Part shown: piece after piece, positions 1-8,976 of the stretch
Position numbering within the stretch: the first letter of the stretch is position 1
How the letters are laid out: the number at the start of each line of letters is the position of its first letter
NCBI GenBank assembly: GCA_045660295.1
Contig: JAZRDN010000035.1
Coordinates: 1,228-65,227 of the forward strand
Direction of reading: 5' to 3'
DNA length: 64,000 bases
Source: Eubacteriales bacterium
Lineage (GTDB): Bacteria > Bacillota > Clostridia > Oscillospirales > CAG-272
Position numbers and translations under genes: made by a program
Notes under the pieces: generated by a model
What the model was told of the DNA's origin: nothing
The model's input: only the letters and a program-made list of their open reading frames with translations
Database searches by the model: none

Positions 1-1
1 C

Positions 2-493
2 TTTGAGAGCGTGGCGGCTTACAGAGAACATCTTCGCAAGTTGCTTCAGGAGGAATACGACGCCGAGTATGAGCTTGAAAAATATCAGCTTATGTGGGCG
101 CAGGTGCTTGAAAACGCGACTGTGATAGAGCTGCCCGAAAGACAGGTCATGTATTACTATACCTCTGAGCGTAGCGTCTATGAGGTCTACGCCGCCGAAA
201 ACGGATATACCTATGAGGAGCTGCTTGAGCAGGTTGGTATTACCGACGAGTATATGATGGAGGTAATGCAGGACCGCGTTAAGGAGGAGATAATTTTCTA
301 CTCCATAGTAAAGGCTGAAGGTATCGAGGTAACGCAGGAGGACTATGCTAACGGTCTTATTGAGTATGCCGCGGCTCAAGGAATGTCCGAGTCCGCGCTG
401 GTTGAGGAGTACGGAGAGGAGTATATCAAGGAATGTGTCCTTTTTGATAAGCTTATGTATGCCCTCGCTGAACAAACGACATTTGTAGAATAA
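2..493 (+). CDS. 3' part of a chaperone-like protein (trigger-factor C-terminal / PrsA-SurA-type helical arm); 5' end lies outside the window
   Basis: Frame is open from the window edge to the stop at 491-493. Sequence is acidic and helical (..YELEKYQLMWAQVLE..EEIIFYSIVKAEGIEV..). Hairpin plus T-run follows. Confidence 0.4.
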   Translation, partial: FESVAAYREHLRKLLQEEYDAEYELEKYQLMWAQVLENATVIELPERQVMYYYTSERSVYEVYAAENGYTYEELLEQVGITDEYMMEVMQDRVKEEIIFYSIVKAEGIEVTQEDYANGLIEYAAAQGMSESALVEEYGEEYIKECVLFDKLMYALAEQTTFVE

Positions 494-499
494 AAAATA

Positions 500-526
500 G
501 GCTGTACCGAAAAAGTACAGCCTTTT
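500..526 (+). terminator. Rho-independent terminator
   Basis: Stem ggctgtac (500-507) / gtacagcc (515-522), followed by tttt. Confidence 0.7.
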
Positions 527-551
527 CTATTGAAGATGTTGGGCTAAAACA

Positions 552-578
552 AAGGCGACGGCGTTTTGCCGTCGCCTT
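552..578 (-). terminator. Rho-independent terminator downstream of the GH4 remnant
   Basis: 11-bp stem aaggcgacggc / gccgtcgcctt. The T-rich tract lies on the minus strand (ttgttttagcc). Confidence 0.6.
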
Positions 579-648
579 GAATTATGTGGGATGGTTGTTT
601 TCAGCTACGCTTGGTGCGCTGACCGTTTTGCCGTCGCGCCTTCGCGAT

Positions 649-782
649 TTAGTGGTATTCGGGAAGCCAGCCCTTGTGAGCCTCAATGAGGTCGTCGCGG
701 AGCGCGTCACACATCAGCGAGTCGCCTATGACGTTCTTGGCAAACACCGTGCTTCCAGCGCCCATAAATGTGATTTTTCCAT
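649..782 (-). pseudogene. Remnant of a family-4 glycosidase (alpha-galactosidase / 6-phospho-glycosidase type): frameshifted start plus large internal deletion
   Basis: ATG at 782-780 is 1 nt out of frame (A5 run 774-778) with ..KITFMGAGSTVFAKNVIGD... That frame stops after about 40 codons with the tail ..LIEAHKGWLPEYH. Confidence 0.55.
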
Positions 783-819
783 AAAATTCGTCCTCATTGC
801 GTTAATTTCCAAAAATCTG

Positions 820-848
820 TTGATTTTTTTGTTTTCTTGGATTATAAT
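820..848 (+). promoter_or_regulatory. Sigma-A-type promoter
   Basis: TTGATT (820-825), 17-nt spacer, TATAAT (843-848). Confidence 0.5.
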
Positions 849-865
849 ACAATTATATAACTGCT

Positions 866-1078
866 TTGATGCTTGAAAATATAATTATATTGCCTTTTTT
901 AGAGGTTACATATATCATTGACTTGCGTGTCCGTAAATCAATAGAATTGCTTGAGGAAGGGATTTCCGTAACCGAGGCGGCACTCTCATCGGGCTTTTTC
1001 GATTCAAGCTATTATACCAAAATGTTTAAGCGCTATATGAATTGTACGCCCGGAGAGTACGTAAAGAATATTCGCTGA
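866..1078 (+). pseudogene. AraC/XylS-family regulator fragment (only the C-terminal HTH remains)
   Basis: 70-aa ORF. ..ISVTEAALSSGFFDSSYYTKMFKRYMNCTPGEY.. matches the second AraC HTH. No sensor domain and no first HTH. Confidence 0.6.
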
Positions 1079-1163
1079 TATTGCTAATTGTTTACAAAAA
1101 TACGGTTGTATTTTTCCTCTGATTGTTGTATTATAGAAATGATAAAATTTATGGAGATGTGAC

Positions 1164-2054
1164 ATGTTCGGATACGTCAAGGCTGATAAGCCTCAGCTCA
1201 GAGTAAGAGAATATGAATATTACAGAGGCGTGTATTGCGGTCTTTGCCGTGCGCTTGGAAAATGCGGCGGTCAGTGCGCGCGCATGACGCTGAGCTACGA
1301 CTTTGCTTTTATGGCGCTTGTCCGTATGGCGATAGAGGGAAGCTCGCCGTCTTTCAAAGGTCGCAGATGCTTCGTTCACCCCTTTAAGAAGCGCCCGATG
1401 GCGGAGATAGACGGCACGCTTGAATTCTGCGCCGCCGCGTCGGTACTGCTTTCCTATCATAAGCTGCGCGACAATATTTCGGACGAGAGGGGAATAAAGC
1501 GCTTCCGCGCCCGAGCGGCAAGCCCGTTTTTAGCGGTTATGAAGCGCAAGCCTTCAAAGAAGTATAAGGCGCTTGAAAATAAAATGCTAAAATCGCTCTC
1601 CGAGCTTGCCGAGCTTGAAAAATCAGAGCTTGAGCCGTCGGTAGACCGTCCCGCTGAGCTTTTCGGAGAACTGCTTGCCGATATCATGGCAGAGGGGCTT
1701 GAGGGAAGCGGCGAAAGGATAGCGCGCAAAATAGGTAAGCATATCGGAAAATGGATATACATTGTCGATGCCGTGGACGATTATGAGGAGGACGTGAAGC
1801 GCTCGCGTTATAACCCCATCGTGGGCATTTGCGGTAAGGATGGCATTTCCGAGGATATGCGTGACCTTCTTAAAAACGCGCTGACGGGCGAGCTTGTGGA
1901 GGCTGAAAAGGCCTTTGACCTGATAGAATACCCCGACAGTGATATAAAAGAAATAATTTCGAATATAATCTATCTCGGTATGCCTAAGGCGGCAAAAGAG
2001 ATAATTAACAAGTTAGATAGAAAGGAAGCTAGTGTCAATGACAGACCCTTATAA
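1164..2054 (+). CDS. DUF5685-like protein with an N-terminal Cys motif
   Basis: 296 aa. [36 protein letters not shown].. recalled as DUF5685. Its 3' end overlaps the next gene by 17 nt. Confidence 0.7.
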   Translation: MFGYVKADKPQLRVREYEYYRGVYCGLCRALGKCGGQCARMTLSYDFAFMALVRMAIEGSSPSFKGRRCFVHPFKKRPMAEIDGTLEFCAAASVLLSYHKLRDNISDERGIKRFRARAASPFLAVMKRKPSKKYKALENKMLKSLSELAELEKSELEPSVDRPAELFGELLADIMAEGLEGSGERIARKIGKHIGKWIYIVDAVDDYEEDVKRSRYNPIVGICGKDGISEDMRDLLKNALTGELVEAEKAFDLIEYPDSDIKEIISNIIYLGMPKAAKEIINKLDRKEASVNDRPL

Positions 2055-2670
2055 AATACTTGGGGTGTCGCCTGCCGCCACCGACGACGAGGTGAAAAAG
2101 GCGTATCTTGCCTTGGCGAGAAAGTACCACCCCGATAAATATACCGATACCGACCTTGCTGACTTGGCATCCGAAAAAATGAAAGAGGTCAACGCGGCGT
2201 ATGAGGAAATACAGAACATGCGCCAGAACGGCGGCTCGCAGACAGGGAACGCCTATGAGCAGGGCGGATACAGTGGAGCTTACGGCGGAAGCCGACAAAG
2301 CAGTGACAGCCGCTTTGCCGAGATAAGAAGGCTCATCAACATGGGGTATATCGACGAGGCTGAAAGAAGGCTTTCGGAAATGGGTATCCCCGACCGTACC
2401 GCCGAGTGGAAGTTCCTTATGGGAACAGTGTGCGTCCGCAGAATGAGATATGCCGACGCTGAAATGCACTTTAATAACGCTTGCAAGGACGACCCGTATA
2501 ATATCGAATACCGCATGGCGCGCGATAATCTTCGTAACCGCACCGCGGGATATGGCGGAAGCTATCAGACGGGCAATGTGGGCGGAAACGGGTGCGACTG
2601 CTGTAGCTCGCTTATTTGCGCCGATTGCTGCTGTGAGTGTATGGGCGGCGACCTTATCAGTTGTTGCTGA
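2038..2670 (+). CDS. J-domain protein with TPR-like segment and C-terminal poly-cysteine tail
   Basis: J domain [25 protein letters not shown] aaaggaag lies 9 nt before ATG 2038. Tail [26 protein letters not shown]. Confidence 0.85.
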   Translation: MTDPYKILGVSPAATDDEVKKAYLALARKYHPDKYTDTDLADLASEKMKEVNAAYEEIQNMRQNGGSQTGNAYEQGGYSGAYGGSRQSSDSRFAEIRRLINMGYIDEAERRLSEMGIPDRTAEWKFLMGTVCVRRMRYADAEMHFNNACKDDPYNIEYRMARDNLRNRTAGYGGSYQTGNVGGNGCDCCSSLICADCCCECMGGDLISCC

Positions 2671-2682
2671 CGGGGGAGCAAG

Positions 2683-3219
2683 ATGAAAAGAAAAACTCCC
2701 GTCAATAAAACCCGTGCTCTGGCGCTTTGCTCGGTGTTCTCGGCGCTTGGTGTTATAATTCTGTATATGGGCGCGCTTGTGGAGGTGCTTGACCTTTCAA
2801 TGGCGGTGGTGGCTTCGCTTCTTGTGATAATAGCCGTTATTGAGCTTGGCGGAATGTACCCATGGCTTATTTACGCCGTTACATCGGCGCTCTCATTGCT
2901 TTTATTGCCAAATAAATTTGCCGCCATAGTCTATTTTGCCTTTGCTGGCTTTTACCCCATATTGAAAGAGAAGATAGAGCGCATCAAGGGGTTTGTATGC
3001 CTTGCTTTAAAGCTTGGAGTGTTTAACCTATGCCTGCTTGCTATGTTTGGCGTCGCCAAGGCGCTTACCTTGCCGCTTGTTTTTGAATTTTCCGTATGGA
3101 TAATTGTCATATCGCTTAACCTCGTTTTCGTTTTTTACGATTTTGCGCTTACAAGGCTTATCACCGCTTATATTTACGTCTGGCGCAAAAAACTGAAAAT
3201 TGACAAATGGAAATTGTAA
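2683..3219 (+). CDS. Polytopic membrane protein, family not recognised
   Basis: 178 aa with about 5 hydrophobic spans. SD gggggag precedes the ATG. Starts 13 nt after the J-protein stop. Confidence 0.7.
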   Translation: MKRKTPVNKTRALALCSVFSALGVIILYMGALVEVLDLSMAVVASLLVIIAVIELGGMYPWLIYAVTSALSLLLLPNKFAAIVYFAFAGFYPILKEKIERIKGFVCLALKLGVFNLCLLAMFGVAKALTLPLVFEFSVWIIVISLNLVFVFYDFALTRLITAYIYVWRKKLKIDKWKL

Positions 3220-3225
3220 GCTGTA

Positions 3226-3254
3226 TTGACAAAATCTAATTTTAAGAGTATAAT
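3226..3254 (+). promoter_or_regulatory. Sigma-A consensus promoter
   Basis: TTGACA (3226-3231), 17-nt spacer, TATAAT (3249-3254). Confidence 0.65.
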
Positions 3255-3293
3255 TTTATCAACCGCTGAAATCACATAACGGAGGGAATAACA

Positions 3294-3554
3294 ATGGTAA
3301 AAATAACTGTAAAGATCGAGGGCATGATGTGCCCCATGTGTGAGGCGCACGTTACCGAATGTGTAAAGAAAAATTTCAAGGTGAAAAGCGTTGTTTCTTC
3401 TCATAAGGAGGGCGAGACTGTTATAGAAGCCGCCGAGAGCATCGACCATGCCGCGCTTCAGAGCGAGATCGAAAAAACTGGCTACAAGGTGATTGAAATT
3501 TCCGAAGTGGTCTTGGCAAAGAAAGGCTTTTTCGCCTCGTTGTTTAAGAAATAA
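3294..3554 (+). CDS. Heavy-metal-associated (HMA) domain protein, CopZ-like
   Basis: 86 aa. The GMMCPMCE motif (MxCxxC) lies in a beta-alpha-beta-beta-alpha-beta sized domain. SD ggaggg upstream. Confidence 0.85.
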   Translation: MVKITVKIEGMMCPMCEAHVTECVKKNFKVKSVVSSHKEGETVIEAAESIDHAALQSEIEKTGYKVIEISEVVLAKKGFFASLFKK

Positions 3555-3562
3555 AACCAAAT

Positions 3563-3597
3563 AAAAAAACAGGCACTTTTAAGTGCCTGTTTTTTTA
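3563..3597. terminator. Bidirectional rho-independent terminator
   Basis: Stem acaggcac / gtgcctgt flanked by an A-run (3563-3569) and a T-run (3591-3597). Lies between convergent genes. Confidence 0.8.
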
Positions 3598-3606
3598 TCA
3601 TTTCAA

Positions 3607-4599
3607 TCAGCCTGCCACGTTTGTGGTATCTGTAGTATCGTCATCTGCTACAGGTGCTTCGGTCGTAAGCCAGCCCGAGCTTGCGTAGCAAGTTACGTTG
3701 TTGTAAATAACCTTGCTCCACACTATGCCTTCCTCGTCAGCTTCCTTTGCGATGCCGATGCGAAGAAGTTTTGTTCCAGGAGCAGCCGTGTAGAGAACCT
3801 TGCTTTCAGAAGCGCGAGTGGGAAGGGTACGAAGATTAATTCCATCTTCTACCGCCACGCCGTTGTGCACGGTCTCAACGTAAACGTATTCGTTTACCAC
3901 TGTAAAGTCATCTTCCTCCGGCATATCTTGTGGTTTTGTCTCGGAGAGATAAGTGGTGCTTGCGTAGCAAACCTCACCATTGTAGAGCAGTCTGCTCCAG
4001 ATAGTTCCGAATTCGTCCTCTGTGGTGGCAATGCCTGTTCTGTCAAGCTCTGTTCCGTAGGGAAGATATACAACCGCATCAGCACTTGCCGCGGGCTTCT
4101 TTCGAAGATTCAGCGAGCCTTCGGCAACGATGTATACTGTGTCTGTCTTGTCATCAAACTCAAGCGGAGCGTGTGTGGTAAGATAATCTGAGTGTGCGTA
4201 GCAAGTCTCACCCTTGTAAGAAATCATGCTCCACTCAGCGTTGTATCCAATTCTGGTGACCTGTTCGCCCTCGTTCATAAAGTATTTTGGCTCATTATTT
4301 AAAGTGGAGGGCACTGTGCGAACGTTGAGTGTCTCTGTTCCGTATACGTAAACAGTTTCGTTTACCTCGGTGAACTGGGGACCCTGAGGTTCGTCAGTTT
4401 CGGGAGCAGTGCCGCTTGTTTCACTTGTATCCTCGGTTTCATCGCCTGTGTTTTCGGGCTCGTTGGTTTCGGGTGTATCTACAATGGGATCGGTGTCGTT
4501 TGTGCTTGAGTCTTCCGTGTCTACGGGAGGCTTACAAGCAACGAGGGAAAATATCATAATGAGTGCGAGTGCAAGAGCTAAAATTTTACGCATCTTCAT
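3607..4599 (-). CDS. Lipoprotein with three SH3b-like repeats
   Basis: Lipobox ..IFSLVAC, then an acidic Thr/Glu/Pro linker. Three repeats of the form ..LNVR/LNLR/INLR..G..V(C)YA...YL. Confidence 0.8.
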   Translation of the reverse strand: MKMRKILALALALIMIFSLVACKPPVDTEDSSTNDTDPIVDTPETNEPENTGDETEDTSETSGTAPETDEPQGPQFTEVNETVYVYGTETLNVRTVPSTLNNEPKYFMNEGEQVTRIGYNAEWSMISYKGETCYAHSDYLTTHAPLEFDDKTDTVYIVAEGSLNLRKKPAASADAVVYLPYGTELDRTGIATTEDEFGTIWSRLLYNGEVCYASTTYLSETKPQDMPEEDDFTVVNEYVYVETVHNGVAVEDGINLRTLPTRASESKVLYTAAPGTKLLRIGIAKEADEEGIVWSKVIYNNVTCYASSGWLTTEAPVADDDTTDTTNVAG

Positions 4600-4690
4600 A
4601 CTTCCTTTCTTTTAGAGGTTTTCTTATAAAAATTATACCACAACAAAACTACACTGTCAAGCAAAAATATGCCTCAAAGCGTAAAAATTT

Positions 4691-5125
4691 TTATTTTTCG
4701 ATATAACTTTTCAAAAATTTCACAGCTTGCGCGTAGCCCTCAAAGCCCAGACCGCAAATAGTCTTTACCGCCACCATTGACACGTAGGAATGTTTTCTGA
4801 ACTCCTCGCGTGAATTGATGTCGGAGAGATGCACCTCAACCGTGGGGATAGACACCGCCTTGAGCGCGTCAAGAATCGCCACGCTTGTGTGGGTGTAAGC
4901 GGCGGGATTGATGATTATGCCGTCAAAAACGCCGTAAGCCGCCTGTATTTTGTCTACAATAGCCCCTTCGTGGTTTGATTGGTAAAGCTCGACCCCAACG
5001 CCTTCCGCGGTACAGGCGTCCTTTATGAAGCTACGGAGCGCCTCGAAATTCTGTGAGCCGTATATGTCAGGCTCGCGAAGCCCGAGAAGATTGAGATTTG
5101 GACCGTTTATTACAAGAAATTTCAT
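4691..5125 (-). CDS. aroQ: Type II 3-dehydroquinate dehydratase
   Basis: 144 aa. N-terminus MKFLVINGPNLNLLGLREPDIYG. Confidence 0.95.
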   Translation of the reverse strand: MKFLVINGPNLNLLGLREPDIYGSQNFEALRSFIKDACTAEGVGVELYQSNHEGAIVDKIQAAYGVFDGIIINPAAYTHTSVAILDALKAVSIPTVEVHLSDINSREEFRKHSYVSMVAVKTICGLGFEGYAQAVKFLKSYIEK

Positions 5126-5133
5126 AATTCACC

Positions 5134-6369
5134 TCAACTGTTGTGATAAAGCTTGATTATTTCGTCCGCCGTTTCCTCAAGCGGGCGGTTGTTGTCTACC
5201 TCTATGTCGCAGAAGGCGCGGTAAAGGGGAAGTCTGCGCTCGTAAAGCTCGTGAAGATCGGTCGTCTGCGAGATCGGTCTGCCGTCGGTGGGCAGATCGA
5301 CTATGGCGCGGTTTACGTAGAACACCCTGCCATTCTGACAAAGCGGCTCGCGGTTTTCTGGTCGGGTGACCACGCCGCCGCCGGTTGCGATTATCTTTCC
5401 GCTCTGCTTGCCCGCCTCGCAAACGCAGGCGTGCTCAAGGGCGCGGAAATAGCTCTCGCCGAATTTAGCGAATATTTCGGGGATTGTCATTCCCGCTTTT
5501 TTTACTATTAAAGCATCGGTGTCTATGACCTCACGCCCTGACTTTTGAGAAAGAAGCTCGCCAAGCGAGGTCTTGCCGCAGCCGGGCATTCCGATAAGCA
5601 CTATGTTTCCTGTCTCGGCGGCGATCATGTTGGTTATTCTGTCAATTTCGCTGTCGTCAATTTTCTTGTCAAGGAATATCTCGCAGGCGCGCTTTGCCTG
5701 CGCTACAAGCATGCAAAGACCGTTGATGCAGGGAATACCCAAGCGCTCCGCGTCAAGCAGAAATTTGGTCTTTGCGGGGTTGTATATCATGTCAAGCGCA
5801 CCCTCGCAGGCGGGGAAATCCGCAAGATCGACCGCCGACGCGCCGTTTTGGGGGTACATTCCCACAGGTGTAGTGTTTACGATGACCTCGGCGTCTCTGT
5901 GCTTGTACAAATTGCTGTAATTGTCCTTTCCGCTTCGCGAAATCACAATGACCGCCCTTGCGCCTCTGTCGGCACAGACCGTGCGCGCGGTCTCCGAAGC
6001 GCCGCCGCTGCCGAGGATCAGCACCTTTTTGCCCTCTATCCTTATTCCGCTTTTGTCTATCATGTAGGAAAAGCCGAAATAGTCGGTGTTGTCTCCGCGC
6101 AGACCACCACTTTTGAGATGCGTTATCGTGTTTACCGAACCGATGCGCTTTGCCTCGTCGGTTATTTCCTCAAGATATGGCATTACGGTCTTTTTGTAGG
6201 GGATAGTGACGTTCATTGCGTCAAATCGGTCAGAGGCGAGAAATCCCGCCACGTCATCCACGGGCATTTCAAAAAGCTCGTAGGTGTAATCGGCAAGCTC
6301 TCGGTGTATCTGTGGAGAAAATGAGTGTCCCAGATGCTCACCTAAAAGTCCGCATTTTATCTTTTTCAT
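5134..6369 (-). CDS. aroE/aroK: Fused shikimate dehydrogenase / shikimate kinase
   Basis: N-half has HSFSPQIH and NTDYFGF (AroE). C-half has P-loop GMPGCGKTS plus DTD (AroK). Both sit in one 411-aa frame. Confidence 0.9.
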   Translation of the reverse strand: MKKIKCGLLGEHLGHSFSPQIHRELADYTYELFEMPVDDVAGFLASDRFDAMNVTIPYKKTVMPYLEEITDEAKRIGSVNTITHLKSGGLRGDNTDYFGFSYMIDKSGIRIEGKKVLILGSGGASETARTVCADRGARAVIVISRSGKDNYSNLYKHRDAEVIVNTTPVGMYPQNGASAVDLADFPACEGALDMIYNPAKTKFLLDAERLGIPCINGLCMLVAQAKRACEIFLDKKIDDSEIDRITNMIAAETGNIVLIGMPGCGKTSLGELLSQKSGREVIDTDALIVKKAGMTIPEIFAKFGESYFRALEHACVCEAGKQSGKIIATGGGVVTRPENREPLCQNGRVFYVNRAIVDLPTDGRPISQTTDLHELYERRLPLYRAFCDIEVDNNRPLEETADEIIKLYHNS

Positions 6370-6382
6370 GTTTTACCTCGGT

Positions 6383-6655
6383 TTATTTGCCGTTTTTTGC
6401 GATAAGCTCGTCCTGATACGCGCGGGACTGCTTGAGGATTTCAAGATATATCTCGTGGGTATAGCCGCTCATATCACCCGAAAGCCAGGCTATCTTTTCA
6501 AGCAACGCCGTCTCTCTTGCTTTGTCAAGCACCGGCATACCGTTTGCTATCTTGTAAGCGGCTACCTCGGCGCTTACGCCCATGCGCAGGACAAGAAGCT
6601 TTACTATCTCGCGGTCAAGCGAGTCTATTTTTGTTCTGAGTTCACTGATTTCCAT
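6383..6655 (-). CDS. Chorismate mutase (AroQ class)
   Basis: 90 aa. LRTKIDSLDREIVKLLVLRMGVSAEVAAYK pattern. Confidence 0.85.
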   Translation of the reverse strand: MEISELRTKIDSLDREIVKLLVLRMGVSAEVAAYKIANGMPVLDKARETALLEKIAWLSGDMSGYTHEIYLEILKQSRAYQDELIAKNGK

Positions 6656-7853
6656 TTTGCGACGCCTTTCTTTGCTTTTTTGAATACTGTATAAGGTAGA
6701 TTATCGAGACTAACAGCACCGTGGGGAATACAGCCGAAATTACGAACGAAAGCTTAATGTCTCCGCCGAAGGCGTCGGCAACGCTTCCCGCAATAGAAGG
6801 TCCTATCATGCACCCGAAGTCACCGAGAAGCGCCAGAAAAGCAAACATCGAAACTCCGCCGCCCTGAATCATACCCGCCGCGTTGCTGATGTTGCCCGGC
6901 CACAGTATGCCTACCGAGAGACCGCAGATGCCGCACGCCAGAAGCGAGATCATCGGAAACGGAGCGATTGCCGCCGTCAGATATGAGGCTATGCAGAGCA
7001 GAGCGCTGAAAAGAATAAATTTTTTCAGACTTATTTTAGAGCTGAACCTTGCGTAAAAGACACGCGCCGAGCCCATGAGTACCGCAAACACGAAGGGACC
7101 GAGCAGATTTCCAAGCTCTCTTGAAACTCCGAGTCCGGCCTCGGCAAATGCCGCCGCCCATTGTGCCATGGTCATTTCCGCCGCGCCCGATACTAACATC
7201 ATTATGCCAATGACCCAGAATATCTTGTTGCCAAGATAGCTTCTGCCGTTCCCGTCGGGCTCGTCCTTGGGAAGGGGGTAGAGGGGAACGATACAGAAAA
7301 GCACTGCGCCCGTGATAGGAATTATTGCCCAAAGAGCCGAGAGGATTCGCCAATGCTCAATTCCCACGGTTGAGAAATATACGGTCGAAAGCAAAATAAC
7401 AACCGCCTGCCCCCAGCAATAGAAGGAGTGCAAAAGGCTCATGTATGATGACTTTTTCTTTGGCGGTGTGGGACAAGCCTCGACTATGGGGGTGATAAGC
7501 ACCTCAACGAGACCGCTTCCGATACTGCTTACCACCGTTGCAAGCATAAGACCAACGTATGGGGGCATGATAAACGGCAAAAATCCCAAGCCCGAAATGC
7601 CGAGAGCGGTGAGTATGTGCGCCGCGGTTATAAAGAAGCGGACGTTCATTTTTTCAGAAAACCTCGCCGCCAGCAGGTCAACTAAAAGCTGAACCAGAAA
7701 GCAGACCGCGATAAGCGAGCTTATTGCCGTCAGCGAAAGTCCGAACTGCGTGCCGAAGGTTATGTAAAGCAGAGGCGGAAAATTAATAGTGAGCGCTTGC
7801 GTGGCATAGCCCACAAAGCCCGCCGAAATGGTTGATTTGTAGTTTAATTTCAT
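6642..7853 (-). CDS. MFS transporter
   Basis: 403 aa with about 12 hydrophobic spans. Embedded in the aro operon; overlaps the chorismate mutase start by 14 nt. Confidence 0.8.
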   Translation of the reverse strand: MKLNYKSTISAGFVGYATQALTINFPPLLYITFGTQFGLSLTAISSLIAVCFLVQLLVDLLAARFSEKMNVRFFITAAHILTALGISGLGFLPFIMPPYVGLMLATVVSSIGSGLVEVLITPIVEACPTPPKKKSSYMSLLHSFYCWGQAVVILLSTVYFSTVGIEHWRILSALWAIIPITGAVLFCIVPLYPLPKDEPDGNGRSYLGNKIFWVIGIMMLVSGAAEMTMAQWAAAFAEAGLGVSRELGNLLGPFVFAVLMGSARVFYARFSSKISLKKFILFSALLCIASYLTAAIAPFPMISLLACGICGLSVGILWPGNISNAAGMIQGGGVSMFAFLALLGDFGCMIGPSIAGSVADAFGGDIKLSFVISAVFPTVLLVSIIYLIQYSKKQRKASQNGNQ

Positions 7854-7855
7854 TT

Positions 7856-8968
7856 TTAGTTTGCCTTTTCGTCAAGTATTGCGTCAAGTATTGCTATAGC
7901 CGCCGCCGCTTCGATTACGGGAACGGCGCGCGGAACGATGCAGGGGTCGTGTCTGCCCTTGATGACCAGCTTGGTGTTTTCGCGCCTTGAAAGGCTTACG
8001 CTGTCCTGCTCCTTTGCGATAGACGGAGTGGGCTTTATTCCCACACGGAAGATTATCGGCATGCCGTTGCTCATTCCGCCCGAGATACCACCGCAGTTGT
8101 TGGTGCGAGTTCTTATTTTATCACCGTCCATGAAGTATGGGTCGTTGTTCTCCGAGCCGAAAAGCTCCGCAGAGCCAAAGCCCTTGCCAAACTCAATAGC
8201 CTTTACCGCGGGGACTGAGAAGATGATTGAGGAAATTCTGCCCTCAAGTCCCGCAAACATGTGCTCGCCTACGCCAATGGGAAGCCCTATAACGGCACAT
8301 TCGATTATGCCGCCTACCGAGTCGCCGTCCATGCGCGCGGACTCAATGACCTCTTGCATCCTCTCACCTGCCATAATGGAAAGGGTGGGGAATTCGTGCT
8401 CCGAAAGGGTGTCAAAGTCCTTTTCGTTTACCCCGCAAGGGTCAAACTCGATATCCTTTTCGCCCTTGACCGAATATATGTGCGCGGCTACCTTTATGCC
8501 CATTTTTTCGAGTATTTGCAGACAGATGCCGCCTACGATGCACATGGGGGCAGTGAGTCTGCCCGAAAAATGTCCGCCGCCGCGCAGGTCTACGCCCTCG
8601 CCGAATTTAACACGCGCGGGGTAATCGGCGTGAGAGGGGCGGGGAACATCAACGAGATTTGAGTAGTCGCCTGAGTGCATGTTGGAGTTTCTGATGATTG
8701 CCTTGAACGTAGTGCCGTCAAGGGTGGCTGTTCCGGAAATGTCATCGCCATCGGGGCAAACGCCCGACAGGAATATCGGCTTGTCAGCTTCCTTTCGAGC
8801 GGTGGAATATTTGTTGTTACCCGGCGCGCGGCGCTTCATAAAGGCAAGCAGAGCCTCAACGTCAAACTCCGCACCCTTTGGAAGTCCCTCGGCTATAACG
8901 CCTATTTCGGGGTCGTGAGAGCCGCCGTATATAGAGATTTTGAGATTGTTTCCGTAGGTAGTAGCCAT
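7856..8968 (-). CDS. aroC: Chorismate synthase
   Basis: 370 aa. Motifs RPSHADY, GGGHFSGR and GRHDPC. Confidence 0.93.
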   Translation of the reverse strand: MATTYGNNLKISIYGGSHDPEIGVIAEGLPKGAEFDVEALLAFMKRRAPGNNKYSTARKEADKPIFLSGVCPDGDDISGTATLDGTTFKAIIRNSNMHSGDYSNLVDVPRPSHADYPARVKFGEGVDLRGGGHFSGRLTAPMCIVGGICLQILEKMGIKVAAHIYSVKGEKDIEFDPCGVNEKDFDTLSEHEFPTLSIMAGERMQEVIESARMDGDSVGGIIECAVIGLPIGVGEHMFAGLEGRISSIIFSVPAVKAIEFGKGFGSAELFGSENNDPYFMDGDKIRTRTNNCGGISGGMSNGMPIIFRVGIKPTPSIAKEQDSVSLSRRENTKLVIKGRHDPCIVPRAVPVIEAAAAIAILDAILDEKAN

Positions 8969-8976
8969 TTTTCCTC

